DNA of 64,000 nucleotides from an uncultured Bacteroidota bacterium (lineage in GTDB: Bacteria > Bacteroidota > Ignavibacteria > Kryptoniales > JAKASW01). A program made the translations under genes and the position numbers. The DNA lies in contig CAZRXH010000001.1 of NCBI GenBank assembly GCA_964603995.1, forward strand, positions 1,975 through 65,974, read 5' to 3'. Below, one piece after another: positions 53,417-63,389 of the stretch; the first letter of the stretch is position 1; every line of letters starts with the position of its first letter. The notes under the pieces are model-generated. The model did not search any database. It had not been told where the DNA came from and saw only the letters and a program-made list of their open reading frames with translations.

Positions 53417-55491
53417 TGTGCTACGATCCTTCCGATAATATCGATCTCAGTCCGCGCCGGCAATTCTGTGTACGACGTGACTGCTACCTGCTGGAAGTTT
53501 GTGTGAATAAGTCTATAGAAATACAATCGGACTGTCGCCGAACAAATAACGACTGCGTCATAGCCGAACGACTGTGCATGTTCGATATTTTGCGAGACAC
53601 TCTTATTGACAGCCCTGGTGACTTCCGGTGAAAGACCAAGAGTGCTCGTAACTTCCTTCTGTGTCTGCAGAGAACTGGCCAGGATTTGCTCTACACTCGG
53701 GTCAAGAGCTATCGCGTGGATCACGCCTGAAGGATCGGCAAAGAGAGCCGCTATTGTCTCGGACAGTGCGTGACGCACGTATTCGGTCAGGACTTCGGTG
53801 TTCTTGGTTACCTTTGAATAATCAAGCAGAGATTCTATTATCGTCACGAGATCGCGAATCGGTATACGTTCCTTCAGAAGATTCTGAAGTACCTTTTGAA
53901 GCGTGCCGAGCGGAAGCACATCCGGATTGATCTCGTCCACAAGAGCCTGGTATTCCTTCTTGAGATTGTCTATGAGCATTTTCACTTCTTGTCTGCTCAG
54001 TATCCTGTCCGCATTCCTTTTGAGTGTTTCTCCGAGGTGCGTCGATAGAACCGCAGCAGCTTCTACGACCGTGTATCCGAGAACCTCCGCGTTATCGCGC
54101 TGCGATTTCTCAATCCACACTGCGGACAATCCGAAAGTCGGATCGGTCACGACGATTCCCGGTAAATCTCCCTCCTTCATCGAAGGGCTCATGGCAAGGT
54201 ATCGATCCATATACAACTCCCCGGATGCCACCTGTACTCCGCGTATCTTCACCACATAGTGGCTGGGTTGCAGTTGCAGGTTATCGCGAACGCGTATAGG
54301 CGGTACGATTAGTCCAAGTTCCAGGGCAATCTGCTTCCTTAGATTCGTGATCCGTTGGAACAGGTCCCCGCCGGCCTCCTCGTCCACCATCGAGATCAGT
54401 CCATATCCGATCTCGACCTCTATCGGATCGACCTGCAGGTACGACTCGACTTTCTCATCTTTCTTTTCCGCCGGAGCGGCCGCTGCTTCTGCCTCTCCCG
54501 GCTTCTGGGCTAAAGTCTGGGATCGCATATATCCTGCGGCGGCCATTATGGAGCCGAGAGCGAGGAACGGCACAGTCGGCAACCCTGGGATAATCGCGAA
54601 GAAGCCGAGCGTTCCGCCCGCTATGTAGAGAGCCTTCGGCCTGGAGAGGAGTTGGCGTTTCAATTCCACGTCGAGCTGGCCACCGGATGCGCTTCTCGTC
54701 ACGATCATGCCTGCCGCCGTCGAGATGACGAGTGCAGGTATCTGCGTCACGAGGCCGTCACCGATGGTGAGCAGAGTATATCGGGCGAGGGACTCGGTGA
54801 AAGTCATGCCAAGCTGCGCCATCCCGATTATGAACCCGCCTATGATGTTCACGAGAATTATGATCACTCCGGCAATCGCATCGCCCTTGACAAACTTGCT
54901 CGCACCGTCCATAGCTCCGAAGAAGTCTGCTTCTCTCTGGAGATTCATCCTGCGTTGTCTCGCCTGTTCCTCCGTGATCAAGCCGGAATTCATGTCGGCG
55001 TCGATACTCATCTGTTTTCCCGGCATCGCATCCAGCGTGAATCTCGCGGTTACTTCAGCAATTCTTCCGGAACCTTTGATGATCACGACGAACTGGATAG
55101 TTGCCAGGATGATAAATATGATGACGCCCACTACGTAATTCCCCTGGACAACGAAGGAACCAAACGCGTGGATGACTTCGCCAGCATATCCCTGGCTGAG
55201 TATCAATCTTGCGGACGCAACGTTAAGCGAAAGCCTGAAGAGAGTCAGAATCAGGAGTAAGCCCGGAAAGGCGGAGAGCTCAAGCGGGCTGGTGACATAC
55301 ATAGCCACCATCAGAAGGACTATCGAGAAGGTAATGTTCGCCGAAATAAGAATATCGAGCATGAAAGGAGGCAGCGGCACTATCATCAACGACAGGATAA
55401 GGAGGACCACCCCCGCCAGGATGAGGTCGGTGTTGCTGCCAACCAGCTTGAACGCTCTGCTATTCGATATTCTCTCTACCGTCGTTGCCAT
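53413..55491 (-). CDS. flhA: flagellar export apparatus protein FlhA
   Basis: 692 aa. Conserved N-terminal TM region with the FHIPEP-like segment (FPGLLLILTLFRLSLNVASARLIL). Confidence 0.95.
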   Translation of the reverse strand: MATTVERISNSRAFKLVGSNTDLILAGVVLLILSLMIVPLPPFMLDILISANITFSIVLLMVAMYVTSPLELSAFPGLLLILTLFRLSLNVASARLILSQGYAGEVIHAFGSFVVQGNYVVGVIIFIILATIQFVVIIKGSGRIAEVTARFTLDAMPGKQMSIDADMNSGLITEEQARQRRMNLQREADFFGAMDGASKFVKGDAIAGVIIILVNIIGGFIIGMAQLGMTFTESLARYTLLTIGDGLVTQIPALVISTAAGMIVTRSASGGQLDVELKRQLLSRPKALYIAGGTLGFFAIIPGLPTVPFLALGSIMAAAGYMRSQTLAQKPGEAEAAAAPAEKKDEKVESYLQVDPIEVEIGYGLISMVDEEAGGDLFQRITNLRKQIALELGLIVPPIRVRDNLQLQPSHYVVKIRGVQVASGELYMDRYLAMSPSMKEGDLPGIVVTDPTFGLSAVWIEKSQRDNAEVLGYTVVEAAAVLSTHLGETLKRNADRILSRQEVKMLIDNLKKEYQALVDEINPDVLPLGTLQKVLQNLLKERIPIRDLVTIIESLLDYSKVTKNTEVLTEYVRHALSETIAALFADPSGVIHAIALDPSVEQILASSLQTQKEVTSTLGLSPEVTRAVNKSVSQNIEHAQSFGYDAVVICSATVRLYFYRLIHTNFQQVAVTSYTELPARTEIDIIGRIVAQ

Positions 55492-55492
55492 A

Positions 55493-56578
55493 TCAGTTTC
55501 TGCCGTAACCGCGTTTTAACTTCTTCATCTGAAAGATATATGCAAGTATCTGGGCGACTGCCTTGAACAGATCCGGCGGGATCTGCTCGTCCACTTCCAC
55601 AGTCTTATAGAGGAGCTGTGCGAGAGGCTTGTCTTCCACGATGGGGATATTATGCTCAGCTGCAATTTCTTTTATTTTCTTCGCGATAAGGTCCTTGCCT
55701 TTCGCGAGGACTTTCGGCGCCGCCATCGTGTTGGGATCGTATTGAAGTGCGACTGCGTAGTGAGTCGGGTTCGTCACGACCACGTCTGCCTTCGGCACAT
55801 TCGTCATCATTCTCATCTTGTGCCGCTTTATCATCTCACGACGGATTCTCCGTTTGACAAGCGGATCGCCTTCTTCCTGCTTCTGTTCTTCCTTGATCTC
55901 CTGCTTCGTCATCCGCGTGTCGCGCTCGAATTTCCTCCGCTGCACGTAGTAGTCAATGAGAGCAAGAACTACAAACGCAGACGACACCTGGATGCTGATT
56001 GAAAACGCGCCCGAACCCATCGAAGCCATGATATCGTTCGGAGAGCTGTCGATGAGTTGTACCGACCTCTCGATGAGTCCTTCTACGGCAACGTAACCGA
56101 TTGTTCCAACGAGGGTTACTTTGAAAATACTCTTGGCAAGCTCCATCATCGCCTGCTGCGAGAAACCCAGCTTCTTTATGCCTTTCAGTGGATTCAATCC
56201 TCCAACATTCGGCGTCAGGGGCTGAAGCGTGAAGAGGAGACCGAACTGCGCCACATTTGAAATGATGCCGATCGCCATGATGACCACGAGGATCGGGGTG
56301 ACTATCACCAGAAACCGATATGTGATCGTACCGGCTAAGCTGGCTATATTCGTCTCGGTCAACTCCGTCCCGAAGGAAAGGGAGAGATATTCTTTCATCA
56401 CAGCTGATATCTGGCTCACGAATTCTCCGCCGAGCATGTAGAGCGCAATGGTACCTCCGAAGAGGACAGCCGCTGATGTGACTTCCATGCTCTTTGCAAC
56501 TTTGCCTTTCCTCCTAAGTTCGCCTCGTCGCTTAGGGGTGGCTGCTTCAGTCCGTTCTTCAAAACTCTGCTCAGCCAT
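55493..56578 (-). CDS. flhB: flagellar export apparatus protein FlhB
   Basis: EERTEAATPKRRGELRRKG N-terminus and the NPTH autocleavage site (VVVTNPTHYAVAL). Confidence 0.95.
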   Translation of the reverse strand: MAEQSFEERTEAATPKRRGELRRKGKVAKSMEVTSAAVLFGGTIALYMLGGEFVSQISAVMKEYLSLSFGTELTETNIASLAGTITYRFLVIVTPILVVIMAIGIISNVAQFGLLFTLQPLTPNVGGLNPLKGIKKLGFSQQAMMELAKSIFKVTLVGTIGYVAVEGLIERSVQLIDSSPNDIMASMGSGAFSISIQVSSAFVVLALIDYYVQRRKFERDTRMTKQEIKEEQKQEEGDPLVKRRIRREMIKRHKMRMMTNVPKADVVVTNPTHYAVALQYDPNTMAAPKVLAKGKDLIAKKIKEIAAEHNIPIVEDKPLAQLLYKTVEVDEQIPPDLFKAVAQILAYIFQMKKLKRGYGRN

Positions 56579-56579
56579 T

Positions 56580-57347
56580 TTACATCAGCCTCAGCAGCTG
56601 TACGGTTTGAGCTTCAAAAGCTTCCAGGAGCTTGCCGAATACAAGGACAAAGAACGGAAGCGATGCGATCAGCAGTATCAGACCGACACCGATAGTCAGC
56701 GGCATTCCGAGGAAGAACACGTTTACCTGCGGAACCATCTTCGCGATTATGCCGAGCAGCACATCGGTCAGGAATAGAGAGACGATGACCGGCGCGCCGA
56801 TTTTTATCGCTGCCACGAACACCATCCCGGTAAGATGGACAAACAAGTTCACTGCCGAACCGGTCAGCTTAAGCCCGGAAATGGGAACCGAGTCGTAGCT
56901 CATCCGCAGCGCTTCTAGAATGAAAAGGTGTCCGTTCATTATCAGGAAAATGAAGATCGCAACGACGGATTCGAACTGGCCGATCACGGGAACATCCACG
57001 CCGCTCTGAGGGTCTATCAGGGAGGATATCGACAATCCCATTTCGATCCCGAACAACTCACCGGCGTAGTTCACCGCGTAAAAGAGTATGCCCATCGTGA
57101 AACCGATCGCCGACCCGACGATCACTTCCTGGATCGCGAGGAGAACGAGCGAGCCGAGGTCCATCGAGATGGAGCCGGTGCTTGCTGCTATCAGCGGGAA
57201 GATCGCGAATGCCACTGCCGCTCCCGCCCATATCTTCATCTGTGCGGGAATCGACTGGTGTCCGTACAGGGGAGCCGTTGAAAACACGGACAGCGTCCTG
57301 ATGAGGACGAGCATGAATATCACGAATTTTTCCGCGTAGAAAGTCAT
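56580..57347 (-). CDS. fliR: flagellar export apparatus protein FliR
   Basis: Polytopic 255-aa protein between fliQ and flhB with a FliR-like pattern. Confidence 0.9.
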   Translation of the reverse strand: MTFYAEKFVIFMLVLIRTLSVFSTAPLYGHQSIPAQMKIWAGAAVAFAIFPLIAASTGSISMDLGSLVLLAIQEVIVGSAIGFTMGILFYAVNYAGELFGIEMGLSISSLIDPQSGVDVPVIGQFESVVAIFIFLIMNGHLFILEALRMSYDSVPISGLKLTGSAVNLFVHLTGMVFVAAIKIGAPVIVSLFLTDVLLGIIAKMVPQVNVFFLGMPLTIGVGLILLIASLPFFVLVFGKLLEAFEAQTVQLLRLM

Positions 57348-57348
57348 T

Positions 57349-57615
57349 TTACTTGAGATTCGGAATTACGTTAAAAATGTGCTGTGTGAATTGGAACATC
57401 TTCTGCATCATGAAAGGAAGCAGGAGAATGGTGACGACTCCGACGGCAATTATCTTTGGCACGAACGAGAGAGTCATTTCATTGATCGACGTCGCGGCCT
57501 GGAAGATAGAGATGAGCAGACCGACAACGATGGAAACAATCAGCGCCGGTGCCGACACGATAAAGACGGTGTAAAACGCGTCTCTCGCTATGCCTATTAC
57601 AAAAGCTTCAGTCAT
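57349..57615 (-). CDS. fliQ: flagellar export apparatus protein FliQ
   Basis: 88-aa two-TM protein. I chose ATG 57615, preceded by GAGGGA. The ORF extension to 57681 would overlap fliP. Confidence 0.9.
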   Translation of the reverse strand: MTEAFVIGIARDAFYTVFIVSAPALIVSIVVGLLISIFQAATSINEMTLSFVPKIIAVGVVTILLLPFMMQKMFQFTQHIFNVIPNLK

Positions 57616-57622
57616 TTTTCCC

Positions 57623-58378
57623 TCAGTGAAAACTCTGGACAAGTGAGCCGACGAGCAGGTACCACCCGTCGACAAGGACAAAAAGGAGTATCTTCATCGG
57701 AAGCGAGATCATCATTGGCGGAAGCATCATCATCCCCATGGACATCAGGATACTTGCCACTATCATGTCTATCATCATGAAGGGGACGAACACCAGGAAC
57801 CCGATCTCGAAACCGATTCGCATCTCGCTGATTGCAAACGCCGGGACGATCACATAAGTCGGTATATCGTCCGGAGTATTTGGGCGGTTCAGGTGGGCAA
57901 GGTGTACCATCATTGCGAGATCTTTCTCGCGAGTCTGTCTCAACATGAAATCCCTGATCGGCTTGACACCCACATTGTACGCGGAATCAAGCGTGATCTT
58001 GTTCTGCATGTACGGCTGAAATGCCGTCTCGTTAACCTTGCTCCACGTGGGAGCCATTATGAAAAATGTCAGGAAGAGCGCAAGTCCGACAAGCAGCTGC
58101 GTCGGCGGCATCGTCTGGGTGCCGAGTGCCTGCCTGATGAAATAGAGAGCTATGATTATGCGTGGAAAGGCCGTTGTCATTATGAGTATGGCCGGAGCCA
58201 GGCTCAGGATAGTCATGAAGAAGAGTATCTGGAGAGTTACCGCGACATCCTGCGGATTCGAGGCCTTGTCGATCCCAAACGTGACCCTCGGGATCGGAAC
58301 GGAAGACTGTGCATGAACAGCCGGGACAACTGCAAAGAAACACGCCAATATCAAGCTGATTATCAGAATCTTCTTCAT
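57623..58378 (-). CDS. fliP: flagellar export apparatus protein FliP
   Basis: Conserved segments ILSLAPAILIMTTAFPRIIIALYFIRQALGTQ and MMMLPP. Confidence 0.95.
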   Translation of the reverse strand: MKKILIISLILACFFAVVPAVHAQSSVPIPRVTFGIDKASNPQDVAVTLQILFFMTILSLAPAILIMTTAFPRIIIALYFIRQALGTQTMPPTQLLVGLALFLTFFIMAPTWSKVNETAFQPYMQNKITLDSAYNVGVKPIRDFMLRQTREKDLAMMVHLAHLNRPNTPDDIPTYVIVPAFAISEMRIGFEIGFLVFVPFMMIDMIVASILMSMGMMMLPPMMISLPMKILLFVLVDGWYLLVGSLVQSFH

Positions 58379-58710
58379 TTCTGGGTGAAGCCTTTCAAGA
58401 TATCTGTGAATCCTTTCATGCGCGATTTCTCGCCGGATGATTCAAGCTGCCGCAGAACTTCGTCATCCGTAATTTCTCCGAGCGAAGCAATCGAATTGTC
58501 GCTCACTCCCACGAGCATCACCTTGTTGAAAACCCTGACGAGGTAGATTGATTTCTTGGGCTGAAGGCTCATGGATGACAGGACCCTCATGTTATCATTG
58601 GCGAACCGGGGCTTGGCGTAGAAGTACCTGCGGACCACCAACATAAGCCCGAACATCAACCCGACGATCAGGAGCATTGTGAGGGATGCCTTTACGATCA
58701 ACCAATCCAT
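58375..58710 (-). CDS. fliO: flagellar protein FliO/FliZ
   Basis: Single TM plus the segment VLSSMSLQPKKSIYLVRVFNKVMLVGVSDNSI. Position between fliN and fliP. Confidence 0.7.
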   Translation of the reverse strand: MDWLIVKASLTMLLIVGLMFGLMLVVRRYFYAKPRFANDNMRVLSSMSLQPKKSIYLVRVFNKVMLVGVSDNSIASLGEITDDEVLRQLESSGEKSRMKGFTDILKGFTQK

Positions 58711-59084
58711 TACTTCCTCAGCCCTTTCAAACGCTCAGATGGATCGACCAGGCTCGTTATGCGAATGCCGAAGTGCTTATCGACGACAACAACTTCACCT
58801 TCCGCCATCTTTCTTCCGTTAACCAGGATATCGACGGGCTCGCTCACCAGTTTGTCAAACTCGATTATTGAGCCGCGACCAAGCTCCAGAATATCCTTTA
58901 TCATCATTGTCGTTTTGCCGAGCTCAACACTCACCGACAGGGTGAGATCCAACAGAAGCTCAAGTTTGTTGTCTTTATCCTCCGCCCTTGATTCAGTCTC
59001 GGTAAGGTTCTCAAACGCAGGATCCTGAACCTGTCTCTGGGCGGGCTTCTCTACTTCCGCGTTCTGGACTACTTCATCTGCCAT
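58710..59084 (-). CDS. fliN: flagellar motor switch protein FliN
   Basis: SpoA domain (LLLDLTLSVSVELGKTTMMIKDILELGRGSIIEFDK...VDILVNGRKMAEGEVVVVD). Confidence 0.9.
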   Translation of the reverse strand: MADEVVQNAEVEKPAQRQVQDPAFENLTETESRAEDKDNKLELLLDLTLSVSVELGKTTMMIKDILELGRGSIIEFDKLVSEPVDILVNGRKMAEGEVVVVDKHFGIRITSLVDPSERLKGLRK

Positions 59085-59086
59085 TG

Positions 59087-60097
59087 CTAATCTCCGCTTT
59101 GTTCCTCTTCTGTGGCGCTTCTTATGATTTTTATCGCCTTGTGCCCGTCATGTGTCCCGGCCTTCGCAAAAAACTTTGTCCGCGATGCGATTCTCACTGG
59201 ATGAAGGCTGTCCTTCCTGCTGTCAAGGATTATCACATCTCCCAGCTGCAGCTCCATCAGGTCTCTCAACGTGATATTGGCTTTGCCAAGCATGACACTC
59301 ACGGGCAATTCAGTGGTTGAAATACTCCTGACTGCCGCTCTGGATTTTGACCTCTGGTTACCGTCTCCGCTCACCATCGGGGCAACGTGCTGCAGGTTCA
59401 GGCGTTGTATGATTTCCTCCAGGGAAAACGTGGGGAAGCACAGATTCATGAGATAACTTCCTCCAGCTATCTGGACGTCGAATGAAACGACGAGGACTAT
59501 TTCGCTTGCGGGAGCTATCTGAAGAAAATCCGCCTCGCTCTCGAACCGATCCAATTTGAACTTCAGGTTGCTTATCGATTTCCATGCTCCCTGAAGATCC
59601 TGCAGTGCCTTTTCGATTGTACCTTTGACAAGACTCTTCTCAATCTCCGTGACTGCACGGATCTTGCTCGTAGCCTCCGAACCTCCTCCGCCCAGAAGCC
59701 GCTCGACTATCGCAAACACCAGCATCGGGGAAAGCTCCAGGACTCCCCTTCCTTCCGAGGGGTCCATGTCGAAGACGTACAGACAGGTTGGGCTTCCGAT
59801 AGAGAGCTGGTATTCCGAATAGAAAAGCTGATCCACCGAACTGACCGTGATAGCGACTTGGGCTTGGAGCTTAGAGGCGAGGTAGAAGCCGAACAGTTCA
59901 GCGAAAGTCTCGTGAACCGCCTGGAAAATTCGCAACTGGTTCTTAGAAACGCGATTAGGCCTTCGAAAATCAAAACCCTGGATATCACGCACCTCTTCTT
60001 TCGGCTGTTGCTGGCCTGCCGGTGAAGCCGCGGTGGGCTCTTTGCCGATTCCCGCAAGAAGGCTATCTATCTCGGATTGCGAAAGGACTTCTGGCAT
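59087..60097 (-). CDS. fliM: flagellar motor switch protein FliM
   Basis: N-terminal LSQSEIDSLL CheY-P binding motif and a FliM middle domain. Confidence 0.9.
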   Translation of the reverse strand: MPEVLSQSEIDSLLAGIGKEPTAASPAGQQQPKEEVRDIQGFDFRRPNRVSKNQLRIFQAVHETFAELFGFYLASKLQAQVAITVSSVDQLFYSEYQLSIGSPTCLYVFDMDPSEGRGVLELSPMLVFAIVERLLGGGGSEATSKIRAVTEIEKSLVKGTIEKALQDLQGAWKSISNLKFKLDRFESEADFLQIAPASEIVLVVSFDVQIAGGSYLMNLCFPTFSLEEIIQRLNLQHVAPMVSGDGNQRSKSRAAVRSISTTELPVSVMLGKANITLRDLMELQLGDVIILDSRKDSLHPVRIASRTKFFAKAGTHDGHKAIKIIRSATEEEQSGD

Positions 60098-60106
60098 TCT
60101 ATCGGC

Positions 60107-60619
60107 TCACTGGATTATGAATTTGCTGAAGTACACGTTCAGCACGGTTCCGGTGGTCAAGTCCTTGTTGATCTGACTCTTGATATCTACCTTGAGGCTA
60201 TCGCGTGAATTGATGTCGTCAAGTTGGGGAAGGGTCATACTGGTCAGGATGTTTATTATCGCGTCATGGACCTGTACATCACGTTTCTCGAGCTCCTTCA
60301 CTGTCTCCTCCGAGGTCACTTCCAGACCAATTGTCGTGAGCAGAAATCTCAATCCGTTCGTCCCCGCAGGATTCACGATCAGATCCTTCACTACGTAAAC
60401 ATGGTCGAAATTCGGATCTGTCCCAGGATTCACGGCTGCCTTCACTGCCGGCGTGCTTACGGGCTGAGGCGTTGAATCATTCCCCCCGTGCTTCATGAAG
60501 AAACCTATCAGGAAGTAAGCTACTACAAGCTGCGCGACGACCACGGCAAGTATCACAACGAGCTTCTTTGATTTGCTGGCGGGTTTTTCTGCCACTGTCT
60601 GCTGAACTGTCTCTGCCAT
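60107..60619 (-). CDS. fliL: flagellar basal body-associated protein FliL
   Basis: Single TM plus the segment LIVNPAGTNGLRFLLTTIGLEV. Upstream of fliM. Confidence 0.8.
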   Translation of the reverse strand: MAETVQQTVAEKPASKSKKLVVILAVVVAQLVVAYFLIGFFMKHGGNDSTPQPVSTPAVKAAVNPGTDPNFDHVYVVKDLIVNPAGTNGLRFLLTTIGLEVTSEETVKELEKRDVQVHDAIINILTSMTLPQLDDINSRDSLKVDIKSQINKDLTTGTVLNVYFSKFIIQ

Positions 60620-60883
60620 CTTAACTAAGCCTCTTGTTCATTCTTATTGGGTTTCACGATTCTACTAAACTCAAGGACTATGCCGCCGTTAAGCTTCGAA
60701 TCTGGGCTGTTTTTCAATATTTCGAAAAGAATCGAGATAATTCCTGAACAATATTGGTCAAGTGGATAATATTGTCAGACAAGACAAATCGCGGAGGAAC
60801 AGCCCCTCACAAAGAGGAGCGAAGTAGAGAGTAAGACAGGACGAGCCGCACCCGGAAGGCGGCACTAGCCCCGTGTGAAGAGG

Positions 60884-61111
60884 TCAGTTCTCCGGGCTAT
60901 CCAGGGAGGTCGAGACTGTGGGTGGAATTGGCGAGCTTATTCGCCTCCTGTATTCGACGACTTTGTCTATAATCTCCTCGATCCCCTCCTGGACCCTTAT
61001 CCTGCGAGTAGTCGTCAGCGTAATTATCGTGTCGTGTGCTTTCTCCATAGTTTCGATCAACTCAGCATTGACGACGATCTCATCACCGTTGATTTGCCTC
61101 AAACGTATCAT
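60884..61111 (-). CDS. flbD: flagellar protein FlbD
   Basis: MIRLRQINGDEIVVNAELIETMEKAHDTIITLTTTRRIRVQEGIEEIIDKV matches the FlbD pattern. Follows flgE. Confidence 0.85.
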   Translation of the reverse strand: MIRLRQINGDEIVVNAELIETMEKAHDTIITLTTTRRIRVQEGIEEIIDKVVEYRRRISSPIPPTVSTSLDSPEN

Positions 61112-61191
61112 GCGAGTCTCCTTCTATAATGCCTTTCATAAGGACCGGGGGCGCAGGTTCAACTGCACCCCCGTTCTGCTATCTGATTTTC

Positions 61192-63294
61192 CTATCTCGC
61201 AATGTTAACCAAGTCACTGAGCAGTGTGTTGCTCGTTGTAATCACCTGAGCGTTTGCTTCAAACCCGCGTTCTGCTACGATCATATTGGAGAATTCAGTC
61301 GCGAGGTCCACGTTCGATTGCTCCAGCGCACCGCTGACGACCTGAGTCGGAATGGCGGTTCCGGCTTCACCGATGATTGCATTCCCGGTGCTGGCAGAAG
61401 CGGTGTACAAATTACCGCCTTCGCGGACGAGACCACCGGGATTGTCGAATGTCGCGACCATTACCTCACCAAGCACTCGCGTAGTGCCGTTTGAGAATTG
61501 GCCGTTTATCTTTCCATTCTTGTCGATATCGACGCTGTTGAGTATGCCGAGGCCGTAGCCGTCCTGCTGACCGGACACAGTTGTTGAAGCTCCGCTCATC
61601 TGTGTCAGCCCCGCAAAATCGCCGGTTGAGCCTGCATTGAGATTCAGGCTTATCAAATTAGCGCTGAGGTTCGCCGAGTCTCCGACCCTTCGCGGATTGA
61701 TTTGAAGAGTCGTAGATCCGTCATCGAACGTGAATGTGTTGAGAGAACCGTCATTGTTGAACACGGCTGTCCCGGAGCCGCCTCCGGTGATTTGAGCGGG
61801 ATCGTCGACAGACGCCTTCCAAGTCCACGTATTCGGACGCGTTACATCACGCGTAAAAGCCAGTGTGACGTTGTATTGATCTCCGAGCGAATCATAAATC
61901 GTTGTCGAGATATTCTGTTGCACGTCGGTAGCGGCCTGCGTCTGGCTCCAGTTTCCCGGACTACCGCCGAAGACGCCGTTGAACGTAGTAGAGGAGGCAT
62001 CTGTGATGTCGACGTTCGTGATCGCGTGGGCTGTGCCACCATCACCGTTGATAGTCAGGGCACCGGTCTGAGAATCTATGGTTGCACCTGTGGAATTCGA
62101 AATCCCGAATGCACTGCTTGTCTGCTTTGCCAAATCACCATATGTCGAAGTCCCCGTTACGCTATAAGGCAACATCGTTACGGAACTGCCGTTTACCTTT
62201 CCGTTTATGTCAATAGTATCACCGGAAGTCACACCCAGATTAGCACCCTGGGCATTCCGCAAATCCGTAAGGAGGTCTGAGGCGGTGGCAACATGGGAGA
62301 ACTGTTGGGTATCCTGAGTACCACTCGCAGCAAGGGTCACAATACTTGAAAAGCCCATGGCAGCCTGCAAGACCGGGTTAGTGCTGGTTATCTGGAGCGC
62401 TTCAGAACCTGTCGTCGCATTCGTGAATGTCACTGCACCCCCCGCTCCGTTTGACGCGAGATTCGTATTGTTATTCAGCGTCTTGAAATCGTAGTTTATC
62501 TCACCGATCAGGTCGTTCATTGTGTGGAAATCGCCTTTGCCTACACCGGCGTCGGTTGTGACGTATGTATAGGTTTTCGTCGTTCCACCATATGAAACTG
62601 TCAGTGTGGTCGAATCCGGCACCATACCAGTGATCACATGGTTATTGCCTCCACCGCTGTCTGCAGCAAGAAGGCCGTTGACATCGGAGTTTCCGGCATC
62701 GACCGCGTACACCGAGTTGGACTCAACAACAGTGCCGAGCGGGGTCTGCGAGGAATCGAGATTCCCAGTCAGCTTGATGTACGATGAGGCCTTGGCGGGA
62801 GACTTCTGTCCGAACGGGATAGTGATATCCGAGACGGCCGATCCGACCGACAGGTTTCCCTGCGAGTCGGCGATCTTTCCCTGTACTATGGCGCCTGTCC
62901 CAGGATCGACGAGCCTTCCATTCGCGTCAAACTGAAAAGCACCGGCTCGTGTGTAGTACTGGTTACCGTTCAGATTGACGATGAAGAAGCCATCGCCCTG
63001 AAGTGCCAGGTCGGTATTCTGGCCGGTTGTTTCCAGATTCCCCTGGCCCATCAGGCTGTCGATGGACTGGACGGTCATTCCGAGTCCGAGTTGAATTGGA
63101 TTCGTTCCGCCACTCAATGCGGTCGGCCCGCTGCCGTTGCGCAGCACCTGGTCGAAGGCTTCGCTGAAGGTGACGCGCTGGGATTTGTAACCGATCGTAT
63201 TGATGTTTGCGATGTTGTTTCCGATTGCATCCATCATGATCTGATGGTTTATAAGTCCGGAAACACCAGAGACGAGAGAGCCACTGAAAGGCAT
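61192..63294 (-). CDS. flgE: flagellar hook protein FlgE (long form, 700 aa)
   Basis: N-terminus GLINHQIMMDAIGNNIANINTIGYK and C-terminus ALEQSNVDLATEFSNMIVAERGFEANAQV. The central region is a large Thr/Gly/Asn/Ser-rich insertion. Confidence 0.9.
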   Translation of the reverse strand: MPFSGSLVSGVSGLINHQIMMDAIGNNIANINTIGYKSQRVTFSEAFDQVLRNGSGPTALSGGTNPIQLGLGMTVQSIDSLMGQGNLETTGQNTDLALQGDGFFIVNLNGNQYYTRAGAFQFDANGRLVDPGTGAIVQGKIADSQGNLSVGSAVSDITIPFGQKSPAKASSYIKLTGNLDSSQTPLGTVVESNSVYAVDAGNSDVNGLLAADSGGGNNHVITGMVPDSTTLTVSYGGTTKTYTYVTTDAGVGKGDFHTMNDLIGEINYDFKTLNNNTNLASNGAGGAVTFTNATTGSEALQITSTNPVLQAAMGFSSIVTLAASGTQDTQQFSHVATASDLLTDLRNAQGANLGVTSGDTIDINGKVNGSSVTMLPYSVTGTSTYGDLAKQTSSAFGISNSTGATIDSQTGALTINGDGGTAHAITNVDITDASSTTFNGVFGGSPGNWSQTQAATDVQQNISTTIYDSLGDQYNVTLAFTRDVTRPNTWTWKASVDDPAQITGGGSGTAVFNNDGSLNTFTFDDGSTTLQINPRRVGDSANLSANLISLNLNAGSTGDFAGLTQMSGASTTVSGQQDGYGLGILNSVDIDKNGKINGQFSNGTTRVLGEVMVATFDNPGGLVREGGNLYTASASTGNAIIGEAGTAIPTQVVSGALEQSNVDLATEFSNMIVAERGFEANAQVITTSNTLLSDLVNIAR

Positions 63295-63389
63295 AGTATA
63301 ACCCTCCTATGTTTTTAGCTTTAGCGCTTCAGTCAGTCGGCGCTAAGAGAGGGCTTCTCCGTCAGTGAACGGAGGCCAGCCCTGAATTA

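Noticed and set aside
60099-60106. A sigma-28 -10-like GCCGATAG (minus strand) with a CAAA 15 nt upstream.
   Set aside because: It is the 9-nt spacer between the fliL stop and the fliM ATG. Any transcript started from it would begin inside fliM codons, so it is most likely coincidental.
60691-60705. A tRNA T-arm-like string gcttcgaatctgg in the fliL-flbD spacer.
   Set aside because: No acceptor, D or anticodon stems can be built around it, and no other tRNA-like features are present. I found no tRNA in the window.
60747-60774. An 8-bp inverted repeat ACAATATT-N12-AATATTGT in the 264-bp spacer upstream of fliL, as a possible operator.
   Set aside because: It is short and AT-rich, so it is expected by chance in an AT-rich spacer. 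There is no second copy elsewhere in the window to support a motif.
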